Source of the DNA: an uncultured virus (IMG/VR IMGVR_UViG_3300032294_002400)
Taxonomy: Duplodnaviria > Heunggongvirae > Uroviricota > Caudoviricetes
Length of the DNA: 64,000 nucleotides
Reading direction: 5' to 3' (one strand)
Virus record (IMG/VR): IMGVR_UViG_3300032294_002400
The notes under the pieces: model-generated
Databases searched by the model: none
The model's input: only the letters and a program-made list of their open reading frames with translations
Told to the model about the DNA's origin: nothing
Program-made: the position numbers and the translations under genes
In this document: piece after piece, positions 49,191 through 59,700 of the stretch
How positions within the stretch are numbered: the first letter of the stretch is position 1
Layout of the letters: each line of letters opens with the position of its first letter

Positions 49191-49775
49191 TTGCTTACAC
49201 TACGTGGAATTGCAATGTCGACCGTAGCCTATATTACGGCAATAACAATTGGACTCTTCTCAGTATCGATGCTGTCAAGCAATGCTGCGTCAAGTCCAAT
49301 CATTACAGAGGTACCAGCTCATATCAAACAGATTGAGCAAACAAACCCGCTGGTAGTACTAGAGGGTGCAAAGCAACTAACTCAGCATGAGCTCGTAGAG
49401 CTACTTGCGGCAGTGGGTTTTGAGGGCAAGGCTCTTAAAACTGCATGGTCCGTTGTCATGCGCGAGTCTCGTGGGCGCCCTGTTGCCCACAACAAAAACG
49501 CCAGCACTGGCGATAACTCATACGGCCTATTCCAAATCAACATGATTGGTAGCTTAGGCGTTGACCGATTAGCTAAGTTCCAGGACAAGATTGGTATCAC
49601 TAAGGTGACTGATTTATTTGACCCTGTAGCAAATGCTAAGGCTGCCTACTACATGACAGCGGGTGGCAAGGACTGGGCCTCATGGGGTCTAGGCCCTAAT
49701 GCATACGACGGCGATTCGATTGAACCTGCGGTGACCAGGTGGTACACCGAATTCCCAACAAAGTCAAAGTCCTAG
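49191..49775 (+). CDS. Secreted/membrane lytic transglycosylase (lysozyme-like)
   Basis: N-terminal TM; RESRG...GDNSYGLFQIN...LFDPVANA. Confidence 0.85.
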   Translation: MLTLRGIAMSTVAYITAITIGLFSVSMLSSNAASSPIITEVPAHIKQIEQTNPLVVLEGAKQLTQHELVELLAAVGFEGKALKTAWSVVMRESRGRPVAHNKNASTGDNSYGLFQINMIGSLGVDRLAKFQDKIGITKVTDLFDPVANAKAAYYMTAGGKDWASWGLGPNAYDGDSIEPAVTRWYTEFPTKSKS

Positions 49776-49795
49776 GACAGGAATACTATTACACC

Positions 49796-50290
49796 ATGGA
49801 CGAACTAAATACTGAACATATCGAACCTGCGGCTGTCGCAGACGAGGTCCCTGCTGTAGAAGCAGAGGCTGTCATCGAGGCGCCTGCAGTTGTAGACGAA
49901 CCTGCACCTACACCTGAGCCTGAGGTAATCCCTGAGGTAATCCCTGAGGTTGTACCTGAACCTGTAAAGGTTGAGGAGCCTAAGGCACACAAGCCTGAGG
50001 CTGTATACTCTGTCAGTGGCAATGGCATAGACGAAGTGCTTCTAGCAAATTGCATCTACAAAAATGTATATGCTCGCAAGTCTCTATCTGTTCATCATCT
50101 ACAACGTCGTCTAGCTGAACTTGGTTTCAATGACGCTAGCTCTGATAAAGATGGTTGGCTAGGAGATGAGACTGTGTCTGCTATTAAAAAGTTTCAAGCA
50201 AGCAAAGGCTTAGAAGAAACTGGGTCTATTGATGCTACAACATTGACTAAGATCTTTGAAGGAGATCACAATGTCAAGGTAGTACTCTAA
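49796..50290 (+). CDS. Pro/Glu-rich protein with peptidoglycan-binding domain
   Basis: V..LQRRL.ELGF...DG.LG.ET..AIKKFQ..GL..TG.ID. Confidence 0.8.
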   Translation: MDELNTEHIEPAAVADEVPAVEAEAVIEAPAVVDEPAPTPEPEVIPEVIPEVVPEPVKVEEPKAHKPEAVYSVSGNGIDEVLLANCIYKNVYARKSLSVHHLQRRLAELGFNDASSDKDGWLGDETVSAIKKFQASKGLEETGSIDATTLTKIFEGDHNVKVVL

Positions 50291-50315
50291 GCCTAATAAA
50301 CAAAAGCTTAAACAA

Positions 50316-50358
50316 AGGAAGACTGGTTGGTGCTAAGGCATCAGCCAGTCTTCTTTTA
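50316..50358 (+). terminator. Intrinsic terminator
   Basis: GAAGACTGGTTGGTGC-TAAG-GCATCAGCCAGTCTTCTTTT. Confidence 0.85.
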
Positions 50359-50615
50359 TATTGCAACAGACATAGGCTATAGGCTGCAACAAATAAAATA
50401 AAACAATTTCTTCTAAATTATTTCTTAAAGATTGTTTCTCGCTCGTAAAATGAAAAAAATAGTTGGAGACGTTTTTGAAAGTGTCTCAAAGTATACGAAT
50501 CCCTTTCTCACGCCAAAGCCATTTTAACCAAAAGGTACTGTTTCTGCTCCGTTTGTACACAATACTATAAGCGCAATTTGTACACATTTGTCCTCGAAGG
50601 TGATACAGTATTCTC

Positions 50616-51107
50616 ATGGCGCACACACCCGACCTCCCAAAGAGCGAGGCCGAATTCCTAGCCTCCCTTTCCAAGGAGCAACTATGGCGTCGTGTAAAAG
50701 ACCTCAATGATGCAGGCTGGACCCTTCAGTCTATTGCGGACGCCTTTGACCCTCCGCGCCGTCGCTCAACAATCCGCAGCTGGGTTATCAAGGACACCCC
50801 TGAGTTCGAGTTTATCACCGCGACCCCTACGCCACCAAAGCCTAAGCAAAAGTTAAGACGTAAACGTCCACCGTCACCTGGGATTCCTGTAGATCAGCAA
50901 CTTCAAATCGCGAGACTATCACCGCTGGCACGACGCTATCGCGCTCGCACAAACCCAGGGTCTGCTTCTTTCACCGCGAATACCCAGCTAACCGTCATCG
51001 CAGGAGAACTTTATCTAAAAGGTGTAACAGTTTCAGAGCTTGCCCGCGCGTCAGGAGTTACCTATCGCGCGATGAAACGTAGAGTAGATAAGGCCAATAC
51101 ACAATGA
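50616..51107 (+). CDS. Double HTH DNA-binding protein
   Basis: GWTLQSIADAF; GVTVSELARASGVTYRAM. Confidence 0.7.
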   Translation: MAHTPDLPKSEAEFLASLSKEQLWRRVKDLNDAGWTLQSIADAFDPPRRRSTIRSWVIKDTPEFEFITATPTPPKPKQKLRRKRPPSPGIPVDQQLQIARLSPLARRYRARTNPGSASFTANTQLTVIAGELYLKGVTVSELARASGVTYRAMKRRVDKANTQ

Positions 51108-52084
51108 ATGATAAAAGCAAAGACGGTATTTCTGCTGCTCCATGGCCAGAAGGTCTCTATCCTATTTCAGTAAGAGGAAAAGACAAAGACGGCGAGTGGC
51201 TTCATGGAGCTACCATGACTATTACTCCTTGCCCAAAGAATGCAGTCTTCTACGAATCGCGTCTACCTGTGCCTTCAGGAGAAATTACACTTGACAAATA
51301 CGCGGTTCGTTTCGACGCGCTCGTTCCGCCAGGCGATTACACGATAGCTTTTTCGCATGACCGTGAAAGTCCAGTAGTTAAGGTGACAGTTTCAGATCCT
51401 GTTGCTCAGACGGTTCAATCACCGGGCGCGGATAAACTTCCGGTGCACTACCGTGACTCCCGTTGGGATAAGTACATCATGAAGGAGAACTCCTATGGCC
51501 CTCTCGACATGAACGAGACGGATACGGTAATTGACATCGGCGCTCACATTGGAATCTTTTCTCGTAAGGCTTTAGCCAAGGGCGCTCGAGTTTTGAAGGC
51601 GTATGAACCGGAGTCCGATAACTGCAGACTTCTTGATCTTAACTTATCAGAATACGACTCCTCACTATGGAACATCCAACGGGCTGCGGTTGTAGCTGAC
51701 GACTTCCCGTTTGTAGAAGAGCGTTACGCCAAGCTATGGATTGACGCGGCAGGTGACGGAGATGCATCTCGCACCGCCCTTCACTCGCTATATCGCAAGC
51801 GCGGTGCGCGAGTGCCAGTTCTTGTTCCTGTAGTTACGTGGTCAAGTGTACTTGCGCTCAACCCTACGGTTCTCAAGGTAGACGTTGAAGGCGCGGAGCT
51901 TACGTATGACTGGTCACTTTTATCAAAGAATACATCTATCCGCAGCCTTGCCTTAGAGTTGGAAAATGTAAAAAGCAAGACAGGCACAAAAGGCAACGTC
52001 GTAGAGGATATTAAGAAAGCAGGCTTTGTCTTGACTAACGAGTCATCAGGCTGGTCAACAGTTCAGATTTGGACACGTAAATAA
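51104..52084 (+). CDS. FkbM family methyltransferase with N-terminal extension
   Basis: VIDIGAHIG.FS, YEP, LKVDVEGAE. Confidence 0.85.
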   Translation: MNDKSKDGISAAPWPEGLYPISVRGKDKDGEWLHGATMTITPCPKNAVFYESRLPVPSGEITLDKYAVRFDALVPPGDYTIAFSHDRESPVVKVTVSDPVAQTVQSPGADKLPVHYRDSRWDKYIMKENSYGPLDMNETDTVIDIGAHIGIFSRKALAKGARVLKAYEPESDNCRLLDLNLSEYDSSLWNIQRAAVVADDFPFVEERYAKLWIDAAGDGDASRTALHSLYRKRGARVPVLVPVVTWSSVLALNPTVLKVDVEGAELTYDWSLLSKNTSIRSLALELENVKSKTGTKGNVVEDIKKAGFVLTNESSGWSTVQIWTRK

Positions 52085-52476
52085 TGAAGGTAAAACACGA
52101 TTTCTTCCCCGCGACGATAGTTGCGGTTGCGCCAGATATTGTCGAGGACTACACAACCGTGACGACTAACCTTGCGGATGTGCCTAGCGGCAACAAGTTC
52201 CTCGAGCGCGTCCGCGTCGTGATTATGACCAAGGACGACGGTACGGATATCATTATGGTCGCAGGTGATCATCACTCAGGACCGCGACTTATCTTCTCCG
52301 AGCGCTTAACCAGCCTAAACTGGTCTGGCGACAAAACAAAGGATTCCCAGGCACTAACAGAGTCAGGGAAAATCATCGCGTTTCGTAAGACCCAAGGTTG
52401 CTCAACCTGCGGCAGCAGATTAAGATCTTGGAGTCCTTATAAAACCATGGACTCAGTAAAGGACCCAACCGAATGA
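52084..52476 (+). CDS. Hypothetical protein
   Basis: GCxxCGSRLRSW.P motif; coupled. Confidence 0.65.
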   Translation: MKVKHDFFPATIVAVAPDIVEDYTTVTTNLADVPSGNKFLERVRVVIMTKDDGTDIIMVAGDHHSGPRLIFSERLTSLNWSGDKTKDSQALTESGKIIAFRKTQGCSTCGSRLRSWSPYKTMDSVKDPTE

Positions 52477-52787
52477 ACCTAGACACATACATGATTGAAC
52501 GCATGCCCGTCGCGCACGTAATTATCCTTGCGCTCTTCGTCTATCGCGTTACACGCCTAATTACCATCGACGAGATCTTTGAACCCGTCCGCACCTTTGT
52601 CTGGGACAAGACAAAAACAGGCTCCCACCTAGCATACCTCGTAACCTGCCCGTGGTGCATCTCGTTGTGGGTTGCCCTCCCGGTTGTGTTCTCATATGCA
52701 TTTTTTCCAAGTATAACTATCCTAATTGGGTGTATATTTGCCCTGTCCGCTTTAGCTGGACTTATAACTGCGCGCCTGGATTCATAG
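52473..52787 (+). CDS. DUF1360-like membrane protein
   Basis: YR.TRLI..D.IF.P.R...LVTCPWC.S.W. Confidence 0.8.
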   Translation: MNLDTYMIERMPVAHVIILALFVYRVTRLITIDEIFEPVRTFVWDKTKTGSHLAYLVTCPWCISLWVALPVVFSYAFFPSITILIGCIFALSALAGLITARLDS

Positions 52788-52827
52788 TCCATGCACTCCG
52801 TTAGCCAACGACGAGGAGTAATTTAGA

Positions 52828-54564
52828 GTGGCACTTTTCTCTAAGGACAACAACACTAACAACCGTCCTGTCTCTAAGTCTCGCCGTATCACCGCGAGCG
52901 CTCCTCGTAATCCAAAGAAGAACTCTGCAGTTACACCTACGCCTATTCCTGGCGCTTACACAGCAGCGCCGTACTCTGCACCTCGTCCTATTACAGCCGC
53001 GGCTGTTCAAATGAAGTTAGACGATAAAGGTGAAGTTGAAAAGTTTAAGCAACGCCGTAAGGGCGGATCTACCGACTGGCAACATGAAGCCTGGGAGTAC
53101 TACGACGCCATCGGCGAAGTTAAGTACGCGTTTAATCTTGTCGCGTCCGTCGTATCGCGTATTCGTTTATACGCTGCGGCTGTTGACAATCCTGCGGAGA
53201 ATCCAGTAGCTGCTCGGGACAGTGATGTCATTGACCCAAATCTTGCGGCCGCCGCAGAACGCGCATTAGCACGCTTAGACTCCGCGTACGGCGGACAAGC
53301 TGGGCTTTTGCGGGACGCGGCATTGAACTTATCCGTTACAGGTGAATGCTATCTCGTTCAATTCCCAGAGCGTAAAGGCACAGGTGTTAAAGAGTCATGG
53401 GACATTCGCTCAACTGATGAATTGCAACTTGACGCAAAGAACCAATACACAATTGTTCCGCGCCGTGACGTTTTAGCGTCTGGCTCATCAGGCCCTTCAC
53501 AGGGATACAGACTCCCTAACACGGCGTTCGTTGGACGCATCTGGAGAGCTCACCCACGCTACTCCGAAGAGGCTGACTCTTCAATTAAGGGCATCCTTGA
53601 TCTTTGCTCTGAACTTCTTCTCCTCAACAGAACGTTTCGCGCAACCGCGCGCTCACGTCTGAACGCTGGAGCGTTGTACTTACCAGACGGACTTTCTGTT
53701 GCCGCTAGCGCAGACCCAGACTATCCATATGATGACGAGAACGAGTTAAACCCTGGCATCACCGCCGAGGAAGCCGCGGACGAGTTTGAGGATCAGCTCA
53801 TGGACGCGATGACGACTCCTATTCGTGACGAGGACTCAGCATCCGCGGTTGTGCCACTTATTATTCGTGGACCTGCGGAACTTGGCGACAAAATTAAGCA
53901 GTTTAAGTTTGAACGCTCGTTTGACCCTGCACTTGCACAACGCGCAGATCGCGTCCTCGAGCGTATCCTCCAGGGACTTGACGTTCCTAAGGATGTCGTA
54001 ACTGGTCTAGCAAACGTTAAGTACTCCAACGCGCTGCAAATTGACGAAGCTTTGTACAAGGCACACATCGAGCCGTTAATGCTTCTCATCGCAGACGCAC
54101 TAACTGTCGTCTACCTACGACCAGCGCTCATCGCTGCAGGCTTTGACGAGGCCGAGGTTAAGCGCATCGTTGTTTGGTATGACCCATCACAGGTTGCTAC
54201 ACGTAATGACCGTGCAGCAGATGCTGATTCAGGATTTGACCGCATGGCAGTTTCCTACGAGACATGGCGACGCGCTCACGGCTTCTCAGCTGCCGACGCA
54301 CCGGACGCAAAGGAAATCGCAATTCGTCTCTTAGCAGACAAGGGAACGATCTCTCCGGAGTTTACCCAGGCTATGCTCGACGCAATCGCGCCTGAGGTTA
54401 TGAACGCGGTTCGCACCGCGCAGCAGGCAAGTTCCGTAGCGCCTGTACCTCCTGAGATTCAACAGGTACTAGAGCAGGCCGCAGGAACTCCTGCTCCAGA
54501 AGCAACACCTGCAGAAGAAGAATTACCACCAGCATTACAAGAGCCGCAAGAAGGAGCACAGTAA
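52828..54564 (+). CDS. Portal protein
   Basis: WQ.EAWEYYDAIGEVKYA, RIWR.HPR...ADS, SRL.AG.L, VVP.I; size and position. Confidence 0.85.
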   Translation: MALFSKDNNTNNRPVSKSRRITASAPRNPKKNSAVTPTPIPGAYTAAPYSAPRPITAAAVQMKLDDKGEVEKFKQRRKGGSTDWQHEAWEYYDAIGEVKYAFNLVASVVSRIRLYAAAVDNPAENPVAARDSDVIDPNLAAAAERALARLDSAYGGQAGLLRDAALNLSVTGECYLVQFPERKGTGVKESWDIRSTDELQLDAKNQYTIVPRRDVLASGSSGPSQGYRLPNTAFVGRIWRAHPRYSEEADSSIKGILDLCSELLLLNRTFRATARSRLNAGALYLPDGLSVAASADPDYPYDDENELNPGITAEEAADEFEDQLMDAMTTPIRDEDSASAVVPLIIRGPAELGDKIKQFKFERSFDPALAQRADRVLERILQGLDVPKDVVTGLANVKYSNALQIDEALYKAHIEPLMLLIADALTVVYLRPALIAAGFDEAEVKRIVVWYDPSQVATRNDRAADADSGFDRMAVSYETWRRAHGFSAADAPDAKEIAIRLLADKGTISPEFTQAMLDAIAPEVMNAVRTAQQASSVAPVPPEIQQVLEQAAGTPAPEATPAEEELPPALQEPQEGAQ

Positions 54565-56766
54565 ATGAACCACGCCAACGTGCGCGTAGAAAAGCCTGAG
54601 GTTGTAGAGTGCCTTGCCAATACACTAGGCAACGCAGTCCACATGTACTTCAAGGCACAGGGACATCACTGGAACGTTACAGGACGCGACTTCTCACAGT
54701 TCCATGACTTCTTTGAAGAGATCTACGAGGACATTTACTCTATGTTTGATCCTGTAGCAGAGAACATGCGTAAGCTTGGAGCGATGGCTCCTTATCGTCT
54801 TGAGGATCTTATGAACCTCAGTCAAATAGACGACATGGACTGCGGCGCAGACGCGATGATGATGGTTCAAGATCTTTACGCAGCAAACAACGTAATGATC
54901 ATGTCTCTTGATAATTGCTTTCAGGTTGCAACAGCTGCAAACGAGCAAGGCATTGTAGACTACATCGCCGGACGAATTGATATGCACAAGAAGTGGCGTT
55001 GGCAGCTAGCCGCGTTCCTATCACCAACTGAAGCAGATATGTTGGGAAAATCTAAAGCTGTTCAACCTATAGAAGCAGACATGCCTTATAAGGATATGCC
55101 TGTAGTTGAGCAGCTTATGCATGACCATAACGGTTGCCCTCTATGTGGCCCTGTTGGCTGCGTATGCCCCGGCTGTGACGGTGGATACTGTCTATGCGGT
55201 GAAGATTGCCCATGCCCACAGTGCCACATCTCCATGGACATGCGAGACGAAGAGTACGACCTAATGTTTTCATACCAAGAAGAGCGTGACGAGGCAATGA
55301 CAGCCGCAGGCATCATCGTTGCAGAAGAGCAAGACCTTGCAGCAGCTCTTTTAGAGATTGCCCAGAAGCACGGAAAGTTTAACGAGGACCGCACAGGTAT
55401 CTGGGCAGGATACACATCTGCTGCAGAGAACGAATACAAGGAAATTGGTGTTAAGTGCATCAACTGCGTTTTGTACGAAGGTCCTGGAGTTTGCAAGATT
55501 ATTGCACAGCCAATTGAAGACGACGGCAAGTGCCGTTTTGCAGTTATCCCTGACGGAGTTGTTAAGGTTGAAGACGACCAGATCACCGCTTCAATTGATC
55601 TTTTAGATTCTTACGACTCTTCTGAGTTTGCAGACAAGAGCCCATGCTGGGACGGATACAAGCAAGTGGGAATGAAAAAGGGCAAGAACGGAAAAATGGT
55701 TCCTAACTGCGTTCCTGTAGATGCATCCGATGACTCGGAGTTTGCAGCTAACGACGGTGAAGACGAGTGCCCACCTGCAACACAGGATATTCAATTAAAT
55801 CTAAAGAATCGTCAAAACGCAATTGACAACGTTGGCTATGGCCCGTTGAATCCTAAAGAGCCTAACGAAGAATTTTGGCAGGAAAAAGCTGACAAGTGGG
55901 ATACGACTCCTGAAGAAGCAAAGACAAGCGTCTGCGGAAACTGTGTCTTCTTTGTTCGCACTCCAAAGATGCTTGAGTGCATTTCATCTGGATTAGAGCA
56001 AGGTGACTCAAGCCAGGTAGACGCTGACTCAGCAATTGACCAGGCAGAGCTTGGATACTGCGAGGCACTTGATTTCAAATGTGCTGCATCTCGTACATGC
56101 AACGCGTGGGCAGTCGGTGGACCTATCACTGCAGCAAGCTCACGCCGCGCTCCAAAGAAAGACCGCATCTACGGCTCAAAGAAAAACAAGCCAGGATCTG
56201 CTGACGGATCTAAGAAGATTGTTTTCTCTGCAAAGACAGAAACAGCTTTACGCAACAAGGTAGAAGAGCACAACAAGAACGCAAAGCCTGGACGTAAGGC
56301 AACGCTTCCAATGTTAAAGGCTGTCTACCGTAGAGGCTCAGGCGCGTTCTCATCAAGCCACCGTCCAGGTAAGACTCGTGACCAGTGGGCAATGGCTCGC
56401 GTTAACGCGTTCCTAAAGCTTTTGCGCTCAGGATCTCCTGCAAATCCAAACTACAAGCAGGACAACGATCTTTTGCCTAAGGCGCATCCGAAGTCAAGTC
56501 GTGGTGAGGCATCTGTCCTACAACACGAACTTCTACAGATCGCGCTTAAGTCCGCAGACGAGTATGGCTCGCCGGAGCACGCTATCTACTCTATGGCCGA
56601 GTATTCAGGTCTTGGGTATGAGGCAATCCCTGCATTACGCGGCGCATGGCTACGCGCTGTTCGTGATGGCGAGATTCCTTTTGAGCGAGCATACTCACTT
56701 GCGACAAAGTTATATGAATCAAAGGATGCAGATTTACTTCCAAAGAAGCGTAAGGGACAGGCCTAA
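54565..56766 (+). CDS. Multidomain head-region protein: Dps/ferritin domain, Cys-rich segment, HiPIP-like and other phage head-associated domains
   Basis: HHWNVTG.DF..FH..FEE.Y......D.VAE; Cys clusters; CWDGYKQVG...VPNCVP; KAVYRRG.GAF...WAMARVN. Confidence 0.75.
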   Translation: MNHANVRVEKPEVVECLANTLGNAVHMYFKAQGHHWNVTGRDFSQFHDFFEEIYEDIYSMFDPVAENMRKLGAMAPYRLEDLMNLSQIDDMDCGADAMMMVQDLYAANNVMIMSLDNCFQVATAANEQGIVDYIAGRIDMHKKWRWQLAAFLSPTEADMLGKSKAVQPIEADMPYKDMPVVEQLMHDHNGCPLCGPVGCVCPGCDGGYCLCGEDCPCPQCHISMDMRDEEYDLMFSYQEERDEAMTAAGIIVAEEQDLAAALLEIAQKHGKFNEDRTGIWAGYTSAAENEYKEIGVKCINCVLYEGPGVCKIIAQPIEDDGKCRFAVIPDGVVKVEDDQITASIDLLDSYDSSEFADKSPCWDGYKQVGMKKGKNGKMVPNCVPVDASDDSEFAANDGEDECPPATQDIQLNLKNRQNAIDNVGYGPLNPKEPNEEFWQEKADKWDTTPEEAKTSVCGNCVFFVRTPKMLECISSGLEQGDSSQVDADSAIDQAELGYCEALDFKCAASRTCNAWAVGGPITAASSRRAPKKDRIYGSKKNKPGSADGSKKIVFSAKTETALRNKVEEHNKNAKPGRKATLPMLKAVYRRGSGAFSSSHRPGKTRDQWAMARVNAFLKLLRSGSPANPNYKQDNDLLPKAHPKSSRGEASVLQHELLQIALKSADEYGSPEHAIYSMAEYSGLGYEAIPALRGAWLRAVRDGEIPFERAYSLATKLYESKDADLLPKKRKGQA

Positions 56767-59700
56767 TGGAATCTCCACTCAATAAGAAGATCCAGCGTTC
56801 ACTAGAGCGTGTAGCAGCTAAGAAGAAAAAGGACAGTAACTACATTCCTGTTCTTACTCTTCGCGAACGTGTTCTATCTCTCGTGACCGAGGCAAATGCA
56901 AACGCGCTACAGGAACGTCACATCACTCCACGCTCCGCGCTTACAGTTATGGACCGCTCTATCGAGCGCCTGTCTGCACTTAAGGGAGACGCTAAGGACT
57001 TTGCTGTTTTGCGTGAGGTTGCATCTTACATCTCAACCGCACAAAAAACATTTGTAGCTAGCGCATCAACTCATACAGACCTATTGCCTCAGGGTCACCC
57101 TTTGTCAAGTCTCAATGCGTCACTCACACCTGAAGAATACCGCTTCAAGTACGCACAGTGGTTGGCAGCTGACCCAGACGTTTCACATAACGCACGTCCA
57201 CTTGTTGCTGCGGCGTTCTCTGCGCAGCCAGGCTCACTTGAGCGAGAGCACGCGTTCATGCGCCTTAGTGTTACTAGCGAAAAAGTTCCTGGATACTTTA
57301 AGCTTGATCCAGCTCCAATCGTTGCAGCTTTCTCGTCCGGTAACTCTTCTGCGGCTCGCAGAGCTCGCGTAGCTTTACAGTGGCGTGACAAGAAAGGCCG
57401 CTGGGTTGAAATGGGACGCGGTGCAAACTTCCGCTACCGTACATCAAGCGGATCTGTCGCGGCAGCGTCTGGTGTCTACGTTGGCGTAAGCTCGCCAAAA
57501 CCAGGAGCTGCAAATCAGAGTTCAGCTGGTCTTATCCAAGTCACAGGTGATAAGAATCTTCCAGATGGCATCTATGCAGTTCAACCAAATAACGCAGAAA
57601 CCTACTCTGCGCGTATTCCAGCAGAGGCATTAAAGAAAGCTGGAGTAACTCCAGGCTTGCGACCAGACCAATCTGCATTAGGAATTCCAACTCAAGAAGA
57701 AATTATGGCTTCTCGCCAGGACGCTCCTACAGGTTGGACAAAGAAAGACGACAATACATTTACATCTGATGATAACTACACCGTAAAGGTAACGGACGGC
57801 GAATATACTCTCTTCCGTCAAAACGCAGACGGCTCACTTGGCGACAAGGTTGGCGAAGGTGCAAACTGGGCTGACGTTAACGATCTTGCAAATAACGACG
57901 AAGAAGCGTATGATGCAGTTAAAGGCCAGGACAACTCAGCAGGTAGAGAAGAAGTTAAGGCTCGCATCCAAGGCCGCACTAAGTACAACGAAGAATTTGA
58001 TCGTCTTGAAGAGCTTGTTAAAAGCGGCGTAGACCAAAACGGAAATACAGTTCCTGCAGGCTGGGAAGCAGATATCAAGCGCGGCGCGATGCCTGAGGTT
58101 GAGCGCAGAGCTATTGGCCGTGACAGAGTCTTTGGTGAAGAAGGTCTTCCTTACCTAGAGTACAGCAAGACATACGCTGATGATAACGGAAACCCTGTTA
58201 CAGCTAAAGCTATGTTTATGCGTGACGGTAAGTTTTACGCTAACGATAAAGAATATGATTCATGGGACGCAGCCGAGGCTGATATTCCAAACTGGATTAA
58301 GGCAGAAGAAGATAAGCGTGATCGCAAGCTAACTCCTGTTAAGCCAGAAGAAATCAAGCTGCCTGCATTTGAAGATGGTCCATCTGATATTGTTAACCCT
58401 TTTGAGCCAGAGCCTGCACGAGACGACAGAGCAGGTTTCTTTGATAAGGACGGAAATAGACTTGCTGGACCTCCAAGTGGAGACAGCGAAGATCGTCCTC
58501 TTACTCCTGAGCAACTTAAAAGAATATCAGACGACATTCAGATACCTGCGCTAGATAGACTAGATAAGTCTGCTAATCCTTTTGCTCCTTCAGAAATACC
58601 AGACTATCGAGCTGGGTATTTTGATAAGGACGGCAACAGACTTATAGCACCAGACAATGTAATAAAGCCTCCGCAAGATCTTAAGGTAGGAGATGAAGTA
58701 TACATCCCTAACGTTGGCTGGAGAAAAGTAAAGAATGTTTCTAAAGATGAAAGACGTGCTGAAGGCCGCAGAAAACCAGTTTCTCTTTATAAAGTTGAAT
58801 ACGAAGATGAAGAAGGCAAAACTGGCACATGGAAGTGGACTCCATTTTCAGAGGATGACCAAGGCAACAAGATTAAGGGGCTCGAAACTCGCACTCCTAT
58901 AGAGGAGCGACTATCGTCTTTGACAGAAGAGCAAAACAAAAAGATTGATGCCGAGATTAGAGATCTTATTAAGAACCCTCCTGCTCCAACAGAGATGGAC
59001 AAGCGAGTTGAAAAGCTTCTCCAGGAACAAAGAGCAGAGTGGGACAAGGCTAATGAAGAAAACTACGCTAGAGTCTTTGACGGGCGCATTGGAGGCGAAT
59101 ATGACTTCCTTGGGCCAGAAAAGACTAGAAAAGCTAAGGAAGAGTTCCGCAAGAACCTTGAAAAGAATAAAAAGCCAGACGGTAGCACTCCAACTGGCTC
59201 GATAAGCCAGCAAATTCTTGCCTTGCGAGAGTCTGACTCTGATGCTAAAATCGAAGGAACTCTTGACAATGGAGTTAAGTACACTATTTACAAGAAAAAT
59301 GTGCAAGCTACTTGGCGTGGAGAAACTACGACTGTTCCTGATGTTATAACTGTCGATCTTTCTGGTAGAACTTTTGATGCTAGACAAGCTATTAAGCAAG
59401 AGATGTTTAGATGGAATGCGACTGATAAAGTATGGCGTCGCACTCACTTAGGCATAGGTCCTTACCAATACTCTGACCCTATGGCAATTCAAGCTACTCT
59501 TGAGAAGCTTAACGGTGGAAACAAGCTCGCTGGAAAAGAAGCTATCTTGCCATCCGCTGCAGAGATGCGTCAGCAGATGGAAAGGAATAGCTGGACTCCA
59601 GAAATTCTTGCTAGAAGAAATGGCGTATCTGTAGAAGAGATTAACGCAATTCTAGACGGCGACGCTACAGGCAAACCGTCAGGCGCAACTGGTAAAGAAA

